Shown here in pieces: positions 40,579-49,492 of a DNA stretch of 52,074 nucleotides. The notes beneath the pieces were generated by a model, which was given only the letters and a program-made list of their open reading frames with translations, searched no databases and was not told the DNA's origin. Every line of letters starts with the position of its first letter. Within the stretch, counting starts at the first letter, position 1. Location of the stretch: NCBI GenBank assembly GCA_015521295.1, contig WAOL01000079.1, positions 1 to 52,074 of the forward strand. Reading direction: 5' to 3'. Both the position numbers and the translations under genes were made by a program. The stretch is from Desulfurococcales archaeon (GTDB taxonomy: Archaea > Thermoproteota > Thermoprotei_A > Sulfolobales > NBVN01).

Positions 40579-41996
40579 TGCGTGGCAGGTACTTCCTGTA
40601 TGCCGTGATCTTCATAATATTCATAGCGCTACTTGAGTACCCACCGCGCACACCAGTCGTTACTTCCGGTGCGTCCCCAGCCAATACAGGCTGGGACGGG
40701 ACGTCTGGCTTAATGAGCATGCTTAAGTCCCGCGGGTACCGGGTTTACGCGGTAACCGACTGGTGCAGTGTTGCTGACTCGCTAAGCAGCTTAAACTCGC
40801 CTGTGATGGCGGTATTCATATCGCCGGAAGAACCCTACAGCTCAGGCGAGGTACGGTGCGTAAGTAAAGTTCTGAGCTGGTCTATGCATAGGTACGGGAA
40901 CGCGTCCCTCCTCGTTGCTGATGAAGGGCCTTACACGGATCCTATACTTAAGGCACTTAACGTGAGTGTATTCATACTTTACGGCGTGACGCTGAAGTCC
41001 GTGAAGGGAGATCCCTACCCGTTAGCGTTCCTTAAAGTCCCTGGCGGTCCTGGCGCGGGGACTTACAAGCTGTATCTTGATTACGCTGCTAGATTGAGCG
41101 TGAGTGATGGCGCGGTCGTCGCTGGTAGAACTTTAAAGGGTGACGCTGTTGCCGCGTACGTGGTTAGGGGAGGGTTTAAGGCGTATGTGATTTCCGACGG
41201 CTCCATATTCATCAATGAGGTTCTTGGGCTCAGTAGCGCGCAGTACAACTACAGTGGCTTCGCTAACGCATTATTCGCATGGTTAGGTAGCCCAGGTAAG
41301 TACGTCGTGTTGATGGAGTCCGGGAAGTACACGCCGCCAGTGAATGGGTTGCCTAACCTAATTACGCGTGCATTGGAGAGTGTCGGTGCCGGAAGCCTCT
41401 CAGCCATAGTCACCTTGTTGCACCCGATGGTGTGGTTCCCGCTGCTGCATACCCTCATACTGATGGCTGACAATGAATTACGTGCTTTGCTTGCCTTAAG
41501 CGTGTTCGCTAGGTTAGCCTCGCTAGCAATAGGTACGCTAGCAACGATCTTCTTAATGCGTATGGCCGTGTCCTTCGGTAAAGTAGAGACGGATAAGGCC
41601 CTCCCTCAAGTGTCTGAGGTGCAGGTGATGGTTGACACCCCGGTGAGGAGGGAGGTCATAGGCAAGAAGCTCAAGCTCGGTAAGGAGGACCTGGTGGCAC
41701 TCTACGAGTTAGTCGACTCAGTACTCAAGAAGACCATAGGCAAGGGACTGAGAGAGCCGGGGGTCGTACAGACACTCAGCAGCATTTCCGGGATTGACGT
41801 GCGTAGAGTGGAGAAGTACGTGCGTGACATGAACGCCCTCTACGCTAAGGCAACGCGGGGCGGTTTAAGGCCCTTAGTCCTTTCATGGAACCGCAGGGTT
41901 AGGTCACTGATAAGGGAGTCCGATGAAGTGCTGAGCAAGTTAGGTGCGGCCCTAACCAAGGGTGAGGGCGTGGAGAAGGCTTTAAGGAAAGTATAG
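40578..41996 (+). CDS. DUF4350-domain membrane protein
   Basis: SPANTGWDGTSGL, LLVADE, ISDGSIFINEVL. Confidence 0.78.
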   Translation: MRGRYFLYAVIFIIFIALLEYPPRTPVVTSGASPANTGWDGTSGLMSMLKSRGYRVYAVTDWCSVADSLSSLNSPVMAVFISPEEPYSSGEVRCVSKVLSWSMHRYGNASLLVADEGPYTDPILKALNVSVFILYGVTLKSVKGDPYPLAFLKVPGGPGAGTYKLYLDYAARLSVSDGAVVAGRTLKGDAVAAYVVRGGFKAYVISDGSIFINEVLGLSSAQYNYSGFANALFAWLGSPGKYVVLMESGKYTPPVNGLPNLITRALESVGAGSLSAIVTLLHPMVWFPLLHTLILMADNELRALLALSVFARLASLAIGTLATIFLMRMAVSFGKVETDKALPQVSEVQVMVDTPVRREVIGKKLKLGKEDLVALYELVDSVLKKTIGKGLREPGVVQTLSSISGIDVRRVEKYVRDMNALYAKATRGGLRPLVLSWNRRVRSLIRESDEVLSKLGAALTKGEGVEKALRKV

Positions 41997-42053
41997 ACCG
42001 TAAGCAATTCCAATTAAAGGAAACCATTAAGTGTTATGAGGACGTGATCAGTC

Positions 42054-42791
42054 ATGAAGCAATTCACTGCGAGCACAGCGTGTCAAACCAATACGCGCCC
42101 AACTAACAAACTACTCGAGTCCCTGGAAGGTGTGTCCGTCGTTACAACAACGTATAATGAGGTCAACTACGTCGAGCCCTTCACCGAGCGGGTCAGGGCA
42201 GCACTAGCGGGGATCCCTCACGAGATAATCATCGTTGATGACAGCTCACCCGACGGGACCTACGACCTCGCGGTGAGGTACGCAGATAAAGCAATAAAGA
42301 AGGTGAGGGAAGGGCAGACCAAGGGCTTACTGGTAGGCATAGAGAACGCGAAGTACCCAATCGTAGTTACCCTCGACATAGACCTAGAGAATCCACCCGA
42401 AATGATCCCCACGCTAATTCAGGAGTTCCTGAGCAAGAAATGTGGCGTCCTAGTCGCGTGCCGCACGCTAATACCTAGGTTCTCCGAAAGACTAAGCTCC
42501 AAGCTAATAGGCCGCGACATAGGCGCTAGGGACGTCTACTCCAACTTCAGGGTATACTCAAAGGACTGTGTCGCCGGCGCCAAACTACGCCTAGGGGAAA
42601 CCTTCGGCGCCGAACTACTGTTAATAGCTAAGGAAAGAGGATGCAGGATCTGCGAATACATCTACGATCCACCACCCAGAAGAAAGAAACCAAGAGTGGG
42701 CGGAACCATCAAAGCCAACCTCAGAGTACTGCACGTACTAGCAAAGCTAAAAATAGCTATGATGAGAGGATACGGAACCACTAAACGCTAA
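42054..42791 (+). CDS. GT2 glycosyltransferase (polyprenol-phosphate hexosyltransferase-like)
   Basis: VSVVTTTYNE, IIVDDSSPDGT, LDIDLENPPE. Confidence 0.88.
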   Translation: MKQFTASTACQTNTRPTNKLLESLEGVSVVTTTYNEVNYVEPFTERVRAALAGIPHEIIIVDDSSPDGTYDLAVRYADKAIKKVREGQTKGLLVGIENAKYPIVVTLDIDLENPPEMIPTLIQEFLSKKCGVLVACRTLIPRFSERLSSKLIGRDIGARDVYSNFRVYSKDCVAGAKLRLGETFGAELLLIAKERGCRICEYIYDPPPRRKKPRVGGTIKANLRVLHVLAKLKIAMMRGYGTTKR

Positions 42792-42828
42792 AAGCATTAA
42801 AACCCGTTATCACTAACATAGGTCTTGG

Positions 42829-42916
42829 GCGGGGGTGCCCGAGCCAGGTCAAAGGGGTCGGGCTGAGGCCCCGATGGCGGAGGCCTGCGTGGGTTCGAAT
42901 CCCACCCCCCGCACCA
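42829..42916 (+). tRNA. tRNA-Leu(GAG), intronless, long variable arm, CCA encoded
   Basis: GCGGGGGTGCCCGAGCCAGGTCAAAGGGGTCGGGCTGAGGCCCCGA...GTGGGTTCGAATCCCACCCCCCGCACCA. Confidence 0.97.
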
Positions 42917-43106
42917 ATCCGTGTTCTCACCCACATCATCAGGTAGCGTTAATGGAGATTAGCATTAAAATGGCTACCTGTAATTCTTCAGAGTACTCAA
43001 TCATTATGATAATGAGGTAGGAGATCCTACTGCAGGTTAACGACGCTGTAATATTTTTTGAACATGTTTAAATAGTGAATAAACATGTGGCTAGGGTAAA
43101 ATAATA

Positions 43107-44045
43107 ATGAGGAAGGCGTTTTTCTTAGTTCTAATTGTGGTGCCTGCATGTACGCCCCTAGTTTGCTTTGCGTATAGTGAGTACGACGTGATTAGTCTTA
43201 ATAAGGCATGCATGTTTCTCAGAAATCAGTACATTCCAGAAGCTGGTCTGCTCAGGGCAGCCTACAGTCATTGGGTCACGGATTATAACAGAAGTTATGT
43301 GAACGACAATGTACTAGCAGCTAGAGCTTTAGCCGTCTGCGGGGAAAACAAGCTAGCTAATGCGATACTGGCAACTTTAATGAACAAGTATAGTAATTAC
43401 CTGAGAACAGGAAGGTATGAGGTGCTAACAGGGACAGCGATTCCCGACGTACCTTCAGCTAGGGTGAACATAATCATAGGACGTGTTGGGAACGTGACGA
43501 TCATAGCTGAGGTTGCAGATAATCAGACACTAAGTGACTGGAAAGAGTATGCTGATTGGTTACTTCTGGAGTCAATCAATAGCTTGATAAAAGGAGATAA
43601 AGCTAGGGCGGAGGACCTATTCAAGCAAGCCATGAAAATGTGGGACGGCAACGGCATAAACGATAAAGCAACAAAGGAGTCAGGACAATACAGCGTATAT
43701 AAGCTAGCCTTAGCCGTATATGCGTTTAAAGCCCTCGGCAAACCCGCGAAGTACTGGCCAATAATAAAAGAGATGCTATCCGTAATAGCAAAGGCTCAAG
43801 ACCTCGCCAGCGGAGGAATACACACAAACTACGTCGTGCGAAACGGCACACTAGACTTTAGCATAAGTGACAGAAACGTTGAAACAACGTCAATAGTGAT
43901 CCTAGCGCTATACAGCAACTACCCACACCTAATTAACGCTAACAGTACTGCAAATAATCAAGTGCCTTTATACACCTACGTAGTGTTTTTTGCAGTGATA
44001 GCAGGGGCGATTCTAGTGGTTAAGAAAGCAAAGAGAATAAGGTAA
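43107..44045 (+). CDS. Secreted, C-terminally anchored helical protein of unknown function
   Basis: Signal peptide, several NxS/T sequons, C-terminal TM helix followed by KKAKRIR. Confidence 0.75.
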   Translation: MRKAFFLVLIVVPACTPLVCFAYSEYDVISLNKACMFLRNQYIPEAGLLRAAYSHWVTDYNRSYVNDNVLAARALAVCGENKLANAILATLMNKYSNYLRTGRYEVLTGTAIPDVPSARVNIIIGRVGNVTIIAEVADNQTLSDWKEYADWLLLESINSLIKGDKARAEDLFKQAMKMWDGNGINDKATKESGQYSVYKLALAVYAFKALGKPAKYWPIIKEMLSVIAKAQDLASGGIHTNYVVRNGTLDFSISDRNVETTSIVILALYSNYPHLINANSTANNQVPLYTYVVFFAVIAGAILVVKKAKRIR

Positions 44046-44184
44046 GGTTATCGTGGGGGACGTGGAGCTTTCGTTGCCGAGATGCGATGCTAGTGAGGAC
44101 ACCCCCATTATCGGGAGGGGATGGGTAGAGAAGCGTTTTTCTACTCATAAAACACTTGGTGGTTATTATCTTATCTTAGCTTAG

Positions 44185-45057
44185 TTAGGGGTTGAGCTCT
44201 ATTTCGTCGACTTTAAAGGATGCCGTACCGCCGTTCTTTAGTTCTAGGTTGATATAGCTGTAGTACCAGAGGCTCGGGCTTAACCTAGCTATCCCTACCT
44301 CCATTATCTTGGCGGAGGAGTTTGTGTCGTTTATGTTTTTGAGTGTGATTACGTAGCCTTCGTAGAGGTTCCCACTAACTTCAAGGGTGGTGTGTTTCAC
44401 GTTAGTTACTTCCCAGCCGTTTAGTGAGGTTGCGTATTTTCCGTTGGTGTCGAGGGTTATTGTGAGGTGCCCTAGGTTTCCAGTAGTTAGTAGATATGCG
44501 TTTAGTTGCTGCAGTATCATCATGCCGTACATGTTTGCCTGTGGTCCGACTAGGGTCTCACCGTTAGGCATCTGTAGCTTCAGCACACTGCTGTAGTTCT
44601 TGCTTATCCACAGTATCCCTGTTTCTGTTTCATTCTCTGATGATACGTTGAGTATCAGCTTCAAGGTATTTTCATTATTTATTGTTTCGCCGGGAACTAT
44701 GCTGAAGGATATTGAGACGTGGGTTCTTCCACCTGAAGAGTTCATCACGTCGACAGAGATCTTAACGTGCTTGAAGGTTGATAGGAGCTTATCAGGTGTG
44801 GAAAGATCTGTTAGGGATATTCTCTTACCTCCCTCCTCAGCAGTGCTGGCGGCTGCGGATGTTGTGTGTGTTTGTGTGGATGTGGTTGTTGACGTGGTGG
44901 GTGTTGCGGGCTGGGTTTGCGGGGTACTTGTTGTTGACGTTGAGGTGGTGGTTGCCGGTTTCCTCAGGATCAGTGGTTGATAATAGAGCGCGGCGGCGAT
45001 TGCCGCGCAGAGTGCTAACACAGCTATGATGAATATCGCTTTTCTCGTTCTAAACAC
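44185..45057 (-). CDS. Membrane-anchored surface protein with Thr/Ser-rich linker
   Basis: N-terminal hydrophobic helix, TTTTSTSTTST linker, many NxS/T sequons. Confidence 0.8.
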   Translation of the reverse strand: MFRTRKAIFIIAVLALCAAIAAALYYQPLILRKPATTTSTSTTSTPQTQPATPTTSTTTSTQTHTTSAAASTAEEGGKRISLTDLSTPDKLLSTFKHVKISVDVMNSSGGRTHVSISFSIVPGETINNENTLKLILNVSSENETETGILWISKNYSSVLKLQMPNGETLVGPQANMYGMMILQQLNAYLLTTGNLGHLTITLDTNGKYATSLNGWEVTNVKHTTLEVSGNLYEGYVITLKNINDTNSSAKIMEVGIARLSPSLWYYSYINLELKNGGTASFKVDEIELNP

Positions 45058-45121
45058 CTTGCTTTGGTCTTCGCGAGCGCGTTTAAAAACTTACGTACTT
45101 ACTTGTTTACGAGGTTGCACA

Positions 45122-46600
45122 TTAACTTCTCTTCATGAATCTGAGTAAGCCGCCATCATGTTTGCTGGGTTTGCTCTCCTCCCTCTCGGGCTCCTCTCTT
45201 TGCTCTTCTTCCTTCTCCTCACCTTTATCTTTGCTCTCGTTAAGGACCTCCAGTACGGCGTTGAAGTTGTCCCTCACAGGCTTGTAGACCTTCTCGTAGA
45301 ATTTCCTTGGGTCAAGCAATACGTGCTTGGGGAACTTTCTGAGGTACTTTAGAGCTGCTTCCCACGCCTTCTCGTAAGGAACGACGCCCTCGATCTTCTC
45401 AGCGATCTGTCTGTCATAGTCTTCAGGCCTCTGCTCCTCCCCGCCCATTGTGAAGAACCCTGACGGTGCTTGAAACGCTTCTTCACCAGCCGCCTCGACG
45501 AGCTTAACGCCCTCCCTACCCTTAGAGGATGTCCTAGCACGTACTGAGGGGCTGACGCCGTAGGCTTTTCTCGCCGCGACCTGCCCTCTCTTCTTTGCCC
45601 ACGCGTAGAATATCGCCCTATTCAAGCCAAAGGATTTCGCCTTCTCTAAGTCGCCGTAGAGTAGGTAGTAACGTGCTGCCTGAAGTAGGCCCATGACCTG
45701 AAACCTCCCCACCCTCCTAGGTACGGGTCGAGGCTGAGGGGCTTTACGTGCCTTCCTAACGACAGCTTCAGGACTCGTAGCTATGGCGGCATGCCTCTTT
45801 GCTTTCAAGTCAATTTCTCTCAGTGCCTTCCTTAAGAGGTCATCCAGCTCGCCAACGTAGTGCTTGCCCCAGCATGGGTTATGCTTGAAGGAGCTCGGAT
45901 TAGTCCACTCCAACGTGAATGAGCTTAACTCGTCAGGCGTGAAGCATACGGCAACGCGATCCAGTTCCCTATGTAGTGAAAGTGGGGCGGTGAAGACCCG
46001 CTTAGCATCAACTAAGTTCTCAACCTTAACCTCACCCCCTGAACGCTTCGCGGCACCCTTTATGGTTTCGGAGCCTTTGCGGAGCACGTACTCAACTATC
46101 GCGAATGCCGCATCGACGGGTGTGATGCCCAGCTCCTCAAGAAGGTCATTACTTAACGCGTTTTCATTCACTCGAACATGCACACCCCTCCCACTCCACA
46201 GCAGGTACACGCTCTCAGAAACGCCTTCGCCCTCAAGAACCTTCACCACAGCCTCAGCCGCTGCTAGGGCAGCCCTCCACTCACCACTGACTAAGTCAAC
46301 GTCCCAGAAGGGTGTGTACTTCACGATGTTTCCCTCATGCTCAACGTCACCCTTGCTCCTAAGGGACCTCCATACAGCAGCCGTCACGTAAATGGTCCTA
46401 ACACCTATCCCGGAGTACCTAATGACCGTTGAAGAAACGTCCTCGGGCGATGTGAAGTGGAGGGGAACGTTATTCCTATACCTGATGAACACTCTCCCGC
46501 TCCCTAAGCGTCCCTCGAGCGCAGCCCACCTCATCCTAGAGTACCTGAATATCTCCTCTGCGACTTCACGCCTGAAGTAATGTTTCTTAACGTCAACCAT
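45122..46600 (-). CDS. AEP-superfamily primase-polymerase-like domain fused to an uncharacterised C-terminal domain
   Basis: FWDVD (motif I), WSGRGVHVR (motif II), NLVDAKRVFTAPLSLH (motif III); C-terminal GRFQVMGLLQAARYY..AKSFGLNRAIFYAWAK. Confidence 0.8.
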   Translation of the reverse strand: MVDVKKHYFRREVAEEIFRYSRMRWAALEGRLGSGRVFIRYRNNVPLHFTSPEDVSSTVIRYSGIGVRTIYVTAAVWRSLRSKGDVEHEGNIVKYTPFWDVDLVSGEWRAALAAAEAVVKVLEGEGVSESVYLLWSGRGVHVRVNENALSNDLLEELGITPVDAAFAIVEYVLRKGSETIKGAAKRSGGEVKVENLVDAKRVFTAPLSLHRELDRVAVCFTPDELSSFTLEWTNPSSFKHNPCWGKHYVGELDDLLRKALREIDLKAKRHAAIATSPEAVVRKARKAPQPRPVPRRVGRFQVMGLLQAARYYLLYGDLEKAKSFGLNRAIFYAWAKKRGQVAARKAYGVSPSVRARTSSKGREGVKLVEAAGEEAFQAPSGFFTMGGEEQRPEDYDRQIAEKIEGVVPYEKAWEAALKYLRKFPKHVLLDPRKFYEKVYKPVRDNFNAVLEVLNESKDKGEEKEEEQREEPEREESKPSKHDGGLLRFMKRS

Positions 46601-46746
46601 ACCTCATCCCCTAAGGAAAAAGCTGTACTCAGCATATAGGGAAAAATCGTGAGGCCCTTCCCCTAAGGGTATGGTAGCAGTTTCTGTTTTGTGGGTCTTT
46701 TAAGGTGTCTGTAGGTTTATTCTTGTTCTGAGGGTTATGTGGTGTG

Positions 46747-46753
46747 TTTATAA
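46747..46753 (+). promoter_or_regulatory. TATA box for the double K-turn RNA
   Basis: TTTATAA about 30 nt before the structured region. Confidence 0.55.
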
Positions 46754-46780
46754 GCTTTAACTGCTTATGGCTTTATTAGT

Positions 46781-46894
46781 GACCCCCTAGTTCCCGAGAC
46801 CTGCTCTCTGGTGGGCGGGGAGGGGCTAGGGGAAACCGTGATGAACCGACCTGCAGAGACCTAAAAGACCGTAGGCGGGGAACGGTAGGGAACA
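46781..46894 (+). ncRNA. Structured RNA with two tandem kink-turn hairpins
   Basis: HP1: 46784-94/46822-32 (11 bp), CGA bulge, GA/GA, 7-bp stem. HP2: ACCGT/ACGGT, GAT bulge, GA/GA, CCG/CGG, CCTGC/GTAGG, 16-nt loop. Ends GGGAACA. Confidence 0.7.
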
Positions 46895-46937
46895 TTGGTT
46901 AAATAGGTTAGAGAGGAAGGAAGCGTGGGTGCGTTAA

Positions 46938-47756
46938 ATGCTTGTTGAGCCTCCTGTCAAAGGTGTTGAGATAGGTATCATAGGTGGTAGTGGGCTTTAT
47001 GATCCTGAAGTAATTGAGGACGCTAAGGAATACAAGGTTTACACGCCCTATGGGCTTCCATCAGATAACCTCATAGTGGGTTGGCTCGCTGGAAGGAAAG
47101 TAGCTTTCCTACCAAGGCATGGGAGAGGGCATAAGATACCTCCCCACAGGATAAACTACAGGGCTAACATCTGGGCTCTCAAGAGCTTAGGCGTCAAGTG
47201 GGTCATAGCGGTCAGCGCGGTAGGGTCTCTAAGGGAAGATTACAGACCGGGGGACGTGGTGTTCCCTGATCAATTCATCGACATGACTAAGTCAAGGGAG
47301 TACACGTTCTTTGACGGTCCGGTAGTCGCGCACGTGAGTATGGCCGACCCCTTCTGCCTAACGTTAAGATCGATCCTAGCTAAGTCGGCGGAGTCGCTGG
47401 GCATAAGGTATCATGGTAAGGGCACGTACGTATGTATAGAGGGACCAAGGTTCTCTACCCGGGCCGAGTCGAGGATTTGGAAGGAGGTCTTTAAGGCAGA
47501 CATAATAGGGATGACGTTAGTGCCTGAGATAAACTTAGCTAGGGAAGCTGGCATGCACTACGCCACAATAGCGTTGGTGACGGACTACGATGTATGGGCA
47601 GACCACCCAGTAACGGCTGAGGAGGTTGCCCGGGTAATGGCAGAGAACGTAGCTAAGGCTAAGAAACTAATCCTTGACGCAGTACCGAAAATCCCAAGGG
47701 AAGGAGAGAAGGTGGGATGCGCTTGCGAGGAGAGTCTGAAGAACGCGCTGGTGTAG
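46938..47756 (+). CDS. mtnP: S-methyl-5'-thioadenosine phosphorylase
   Basis: [37 protein letters not shown]. Confidence 0.96.
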   Translation: MLVEPPVKGVEIGIIGGSGLYDPEVIEDAKEYKVYTPYGLPSDNLIVGWLAGRKVAFLPRHGRGHKIPPHRINYRANIWALKSLGVKWVIAVSAVGSLREDYRPGDVVFPDQFIDMTKSREYTFFDGPVVAHVSMADPFCLTLRSILAKSAESLGIRYHGKGTYVCIEGPRFSTRAESRIWKEVFKADIIGMTLVPEINLAREAGMHYATIALVTDYDVWADHPVTAEEVARVMAENVAKAKKLILDAVPKIPREGEKVGCACEESLKNALV

Positions 47757-48643
47757 TGACACAGGTAGAGAGGAAGGTTAGCAGGGCCCTTGACACGATA
47801 CGTGATGAGGCGGTTCAAGAGCTGGAGACCTTCATTAAGGAGGTAAGTCAGAAACTAATACTAACCTACGCGGGCCCGTACAGCTCTCCTGCCAGATACG
47901 CTTCCCTAGTACTGAGCAGCTTAACAGCAGTGAATAGTGACTGGATGCACCCACAGGATCTAATGTACTACACCGCGCCCTACGATGAGGGTCATGAGGC
48001 AGGGGTAATAATCTTCGCGTCAGATGCAGGGTTAAACACCCTAGCAATGCTAATTGAGCAACTCGTGTGGACGGGACATAAGGTAATGATAGTTACTCAA
48101 CATGAGTTACCTGACATAATATCCTTCAGAATACCCGAAAACACAGCAATCGTCAACCTAAATACCGATGACTGGTTACTGACCACGCATGTCCTGATCG
48201 CGAGAGCGATAGCGGAGTTCGGCGAGCCCAAAGGGATAAGGTTAGAAAGACTCGGCAGGGAAGCCTCGAACGTAAGACCCGTAATCAAGGACCTCCTAGA
48301 GGAGTATGCGGACACCCTAAACCATGTGCGGGAGTTCGTAAGGACCCCGACCATAGTTACCGCGTCACCAACTATGTGGGGGGCAGCCGAAGCAATAGCA
48401 TACTCCAACCACGCACGCGCCGGCAGATACCTCGTGGAGCCGGAAGCAGTGCCGCAGGTCTCCATATTCACGGGGAAAGTGCTAATAATCAGCACGGACG
48501 TCGAGGAATACTCACTGAAGCAAATAAAGTCACTACCACTCACAACATCAGTTAAGGTGCAGGAAGTAAGGTTACACACCGACCCATTAACAGCGCCCAT
48601 ATACGGCATAATACTCGTTAGGGCCCTCGAGTATATGCGGTGA
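47717..48643 (+). CDS. Hypothetical protein, possibly a degenerate double-SIS (phosphosugar-binding) fold
   Basis: [13 protein letters not shown] and alternating beta/alpha pattern; fold call is weak. Confidence 0.45.
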   Translation: MRLRGESEERAGVVTQVERKVSRALDTIRDEAVQELETFIKEVSQKLILTYAGPYSSPARYASLVLSSLTAVNSDWMHPQDLMYYTAPYDEGHEAGVIIFASDAGLNTLAMLIEQLVWTGHKVMIVTQHELPDIISFRIPENTAIVNLNTDDWLLTTHVLIARAIAEFGEPKGIRLERLGREASNVRPVIKDLLEEYADTLNHVREFVRTPTIVTASPTMWGAAEAIAYSNHARAGRYLVEPEAVPQVSIFTGKVLIISTDVEEYSLKQIKSLPLTTSVKVQEVRLHTDPLTAPIYGIILVRALEYMR

Positions 48644-48652
48644 GCCTATGGT

Positions 48653-49375
48653 ATGAAGGGGCCGGTGCTAATAGTGGGTGCGTCAGGGAAGATCGGGCGG
48701 GCAATAGCAAAGAGATTAGCCAGCATGGGGTATGACCTAATACTTCAATGTAATAAGAACTGTGACGTGCTGAAAGAGGTGGGGGAGTCGCCACCTAGGT
48801 CAAAAACCTACATAGTGAAACACGACTTCCTCAAGGAAGGTATAGATGCCTTCATAAACAAGGTAAGGGCTATAGCAAAGAGAGCTCCCAGTACAGTAAT
48901 AATCAGTGTCGGCATTTACGACGACACTAGATCTAGTGAGTCGACCGAGCAGAACGTGTTGTCGGTACTCACACTCAACCTCGCTGTCCATATACGCATT
49001 ATTGAGGCGCTCGCCACATGGATGGGGGAGGATGGAGGCACAATAGTAGTACTGACTGACGCCACACCACTTCGAGGGCCCGACGTTTACTGCAGGCTGA
49101 AACCATCCTTACCATACCTAGCGGCATCAGCTGGCGTGCACGCACTGATTCGCTCAGCCCCAAGCAGGTTACCGAATAACGTACACGTTGTTGGGATAGC
49201 GTTAGGGTGGGTTGAAGGAGATCACATACCGCGGAGGCTTCGGGCCTGCATAGAGGAAAGCGTGCCTGCAGGAAGGACGATACCCGTGCAGGACGTGGTT
49301 GGTGTGGTGTTAAGTGTCGCTGAGATGGCGGAGCTTCTTAACGGGGAAATAGTTGAAGTCACGGGAGGTTTGTGA
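48653..49375 (+). CDS. Atypical short-chain dehydrogenase/reductase
   Basis: GASGKIGRAIA, LNGEIVEVTGG; YLAAS in place of YxxxK. Confidence 0.8.
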   Translation: MKGPVLIVGASGKIGRAIAKRLASMGYDLILQCNKNCDVLKEVGESPPRSKTYIVKHDFLKEGIDAFINKVRAIAKRAPSTVIISVGIYDDTRSSESTEQNVLSVLTLNLAVHIRIIEALATWMGEDGGTIVVLTDATPLRGPDVYCRLKPSLPYLAASAGVHALIRSAPSRLPNNVHVVGIALGWVEGDHIPRRLRACIEESVPAGRTIPVQDVVGVVLSVAEMAELLNGEIVEVTGGL

Positions 49376-49380
49376 AGGAA

Positions 49381-49435
49381 TGGTCAGCCGCGGGTTCTGC
49401 GTTCATCGCTCACCCCTTGTAAGCTACATCATCCA
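49381..49435 (-). ncRNA. C/D box sRNA C (predicted tRNA-Thr guide)
   Basis: TGG-ATGATGT-agcttacaaggg-GTGA-g-CGATGAA-cgcagaacccgcgg-CTGA-CCA. Confidence 0.82.
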
Positions 49436-49492
49436 AGCAAATTACAGATAAACCTGATTTAATTCCTTACTCACATAATATGAGGGTAGTCA

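Noticed and set aside
42835-43020. 61-aa ORF
   Set aside because: Reads through tRNA-Leu
44860-44960. GT-rich low-complexity tract
   Set aside because: Encodes the Thr/Ser linker of the surface protein
46650-46680. GAGGCCCTTCCCCTAAGGGTATGGTAG, loosely like an IS200/IS605 right-end hairpin
   Set aside because: Only a short stem; too degenerate to call
46781-46894. SAM-I riboswitch, SRP, RNase P or 5S identity for the K-turn RNA
   Set aside because: Lacks their conserved cores and multi-way architectures
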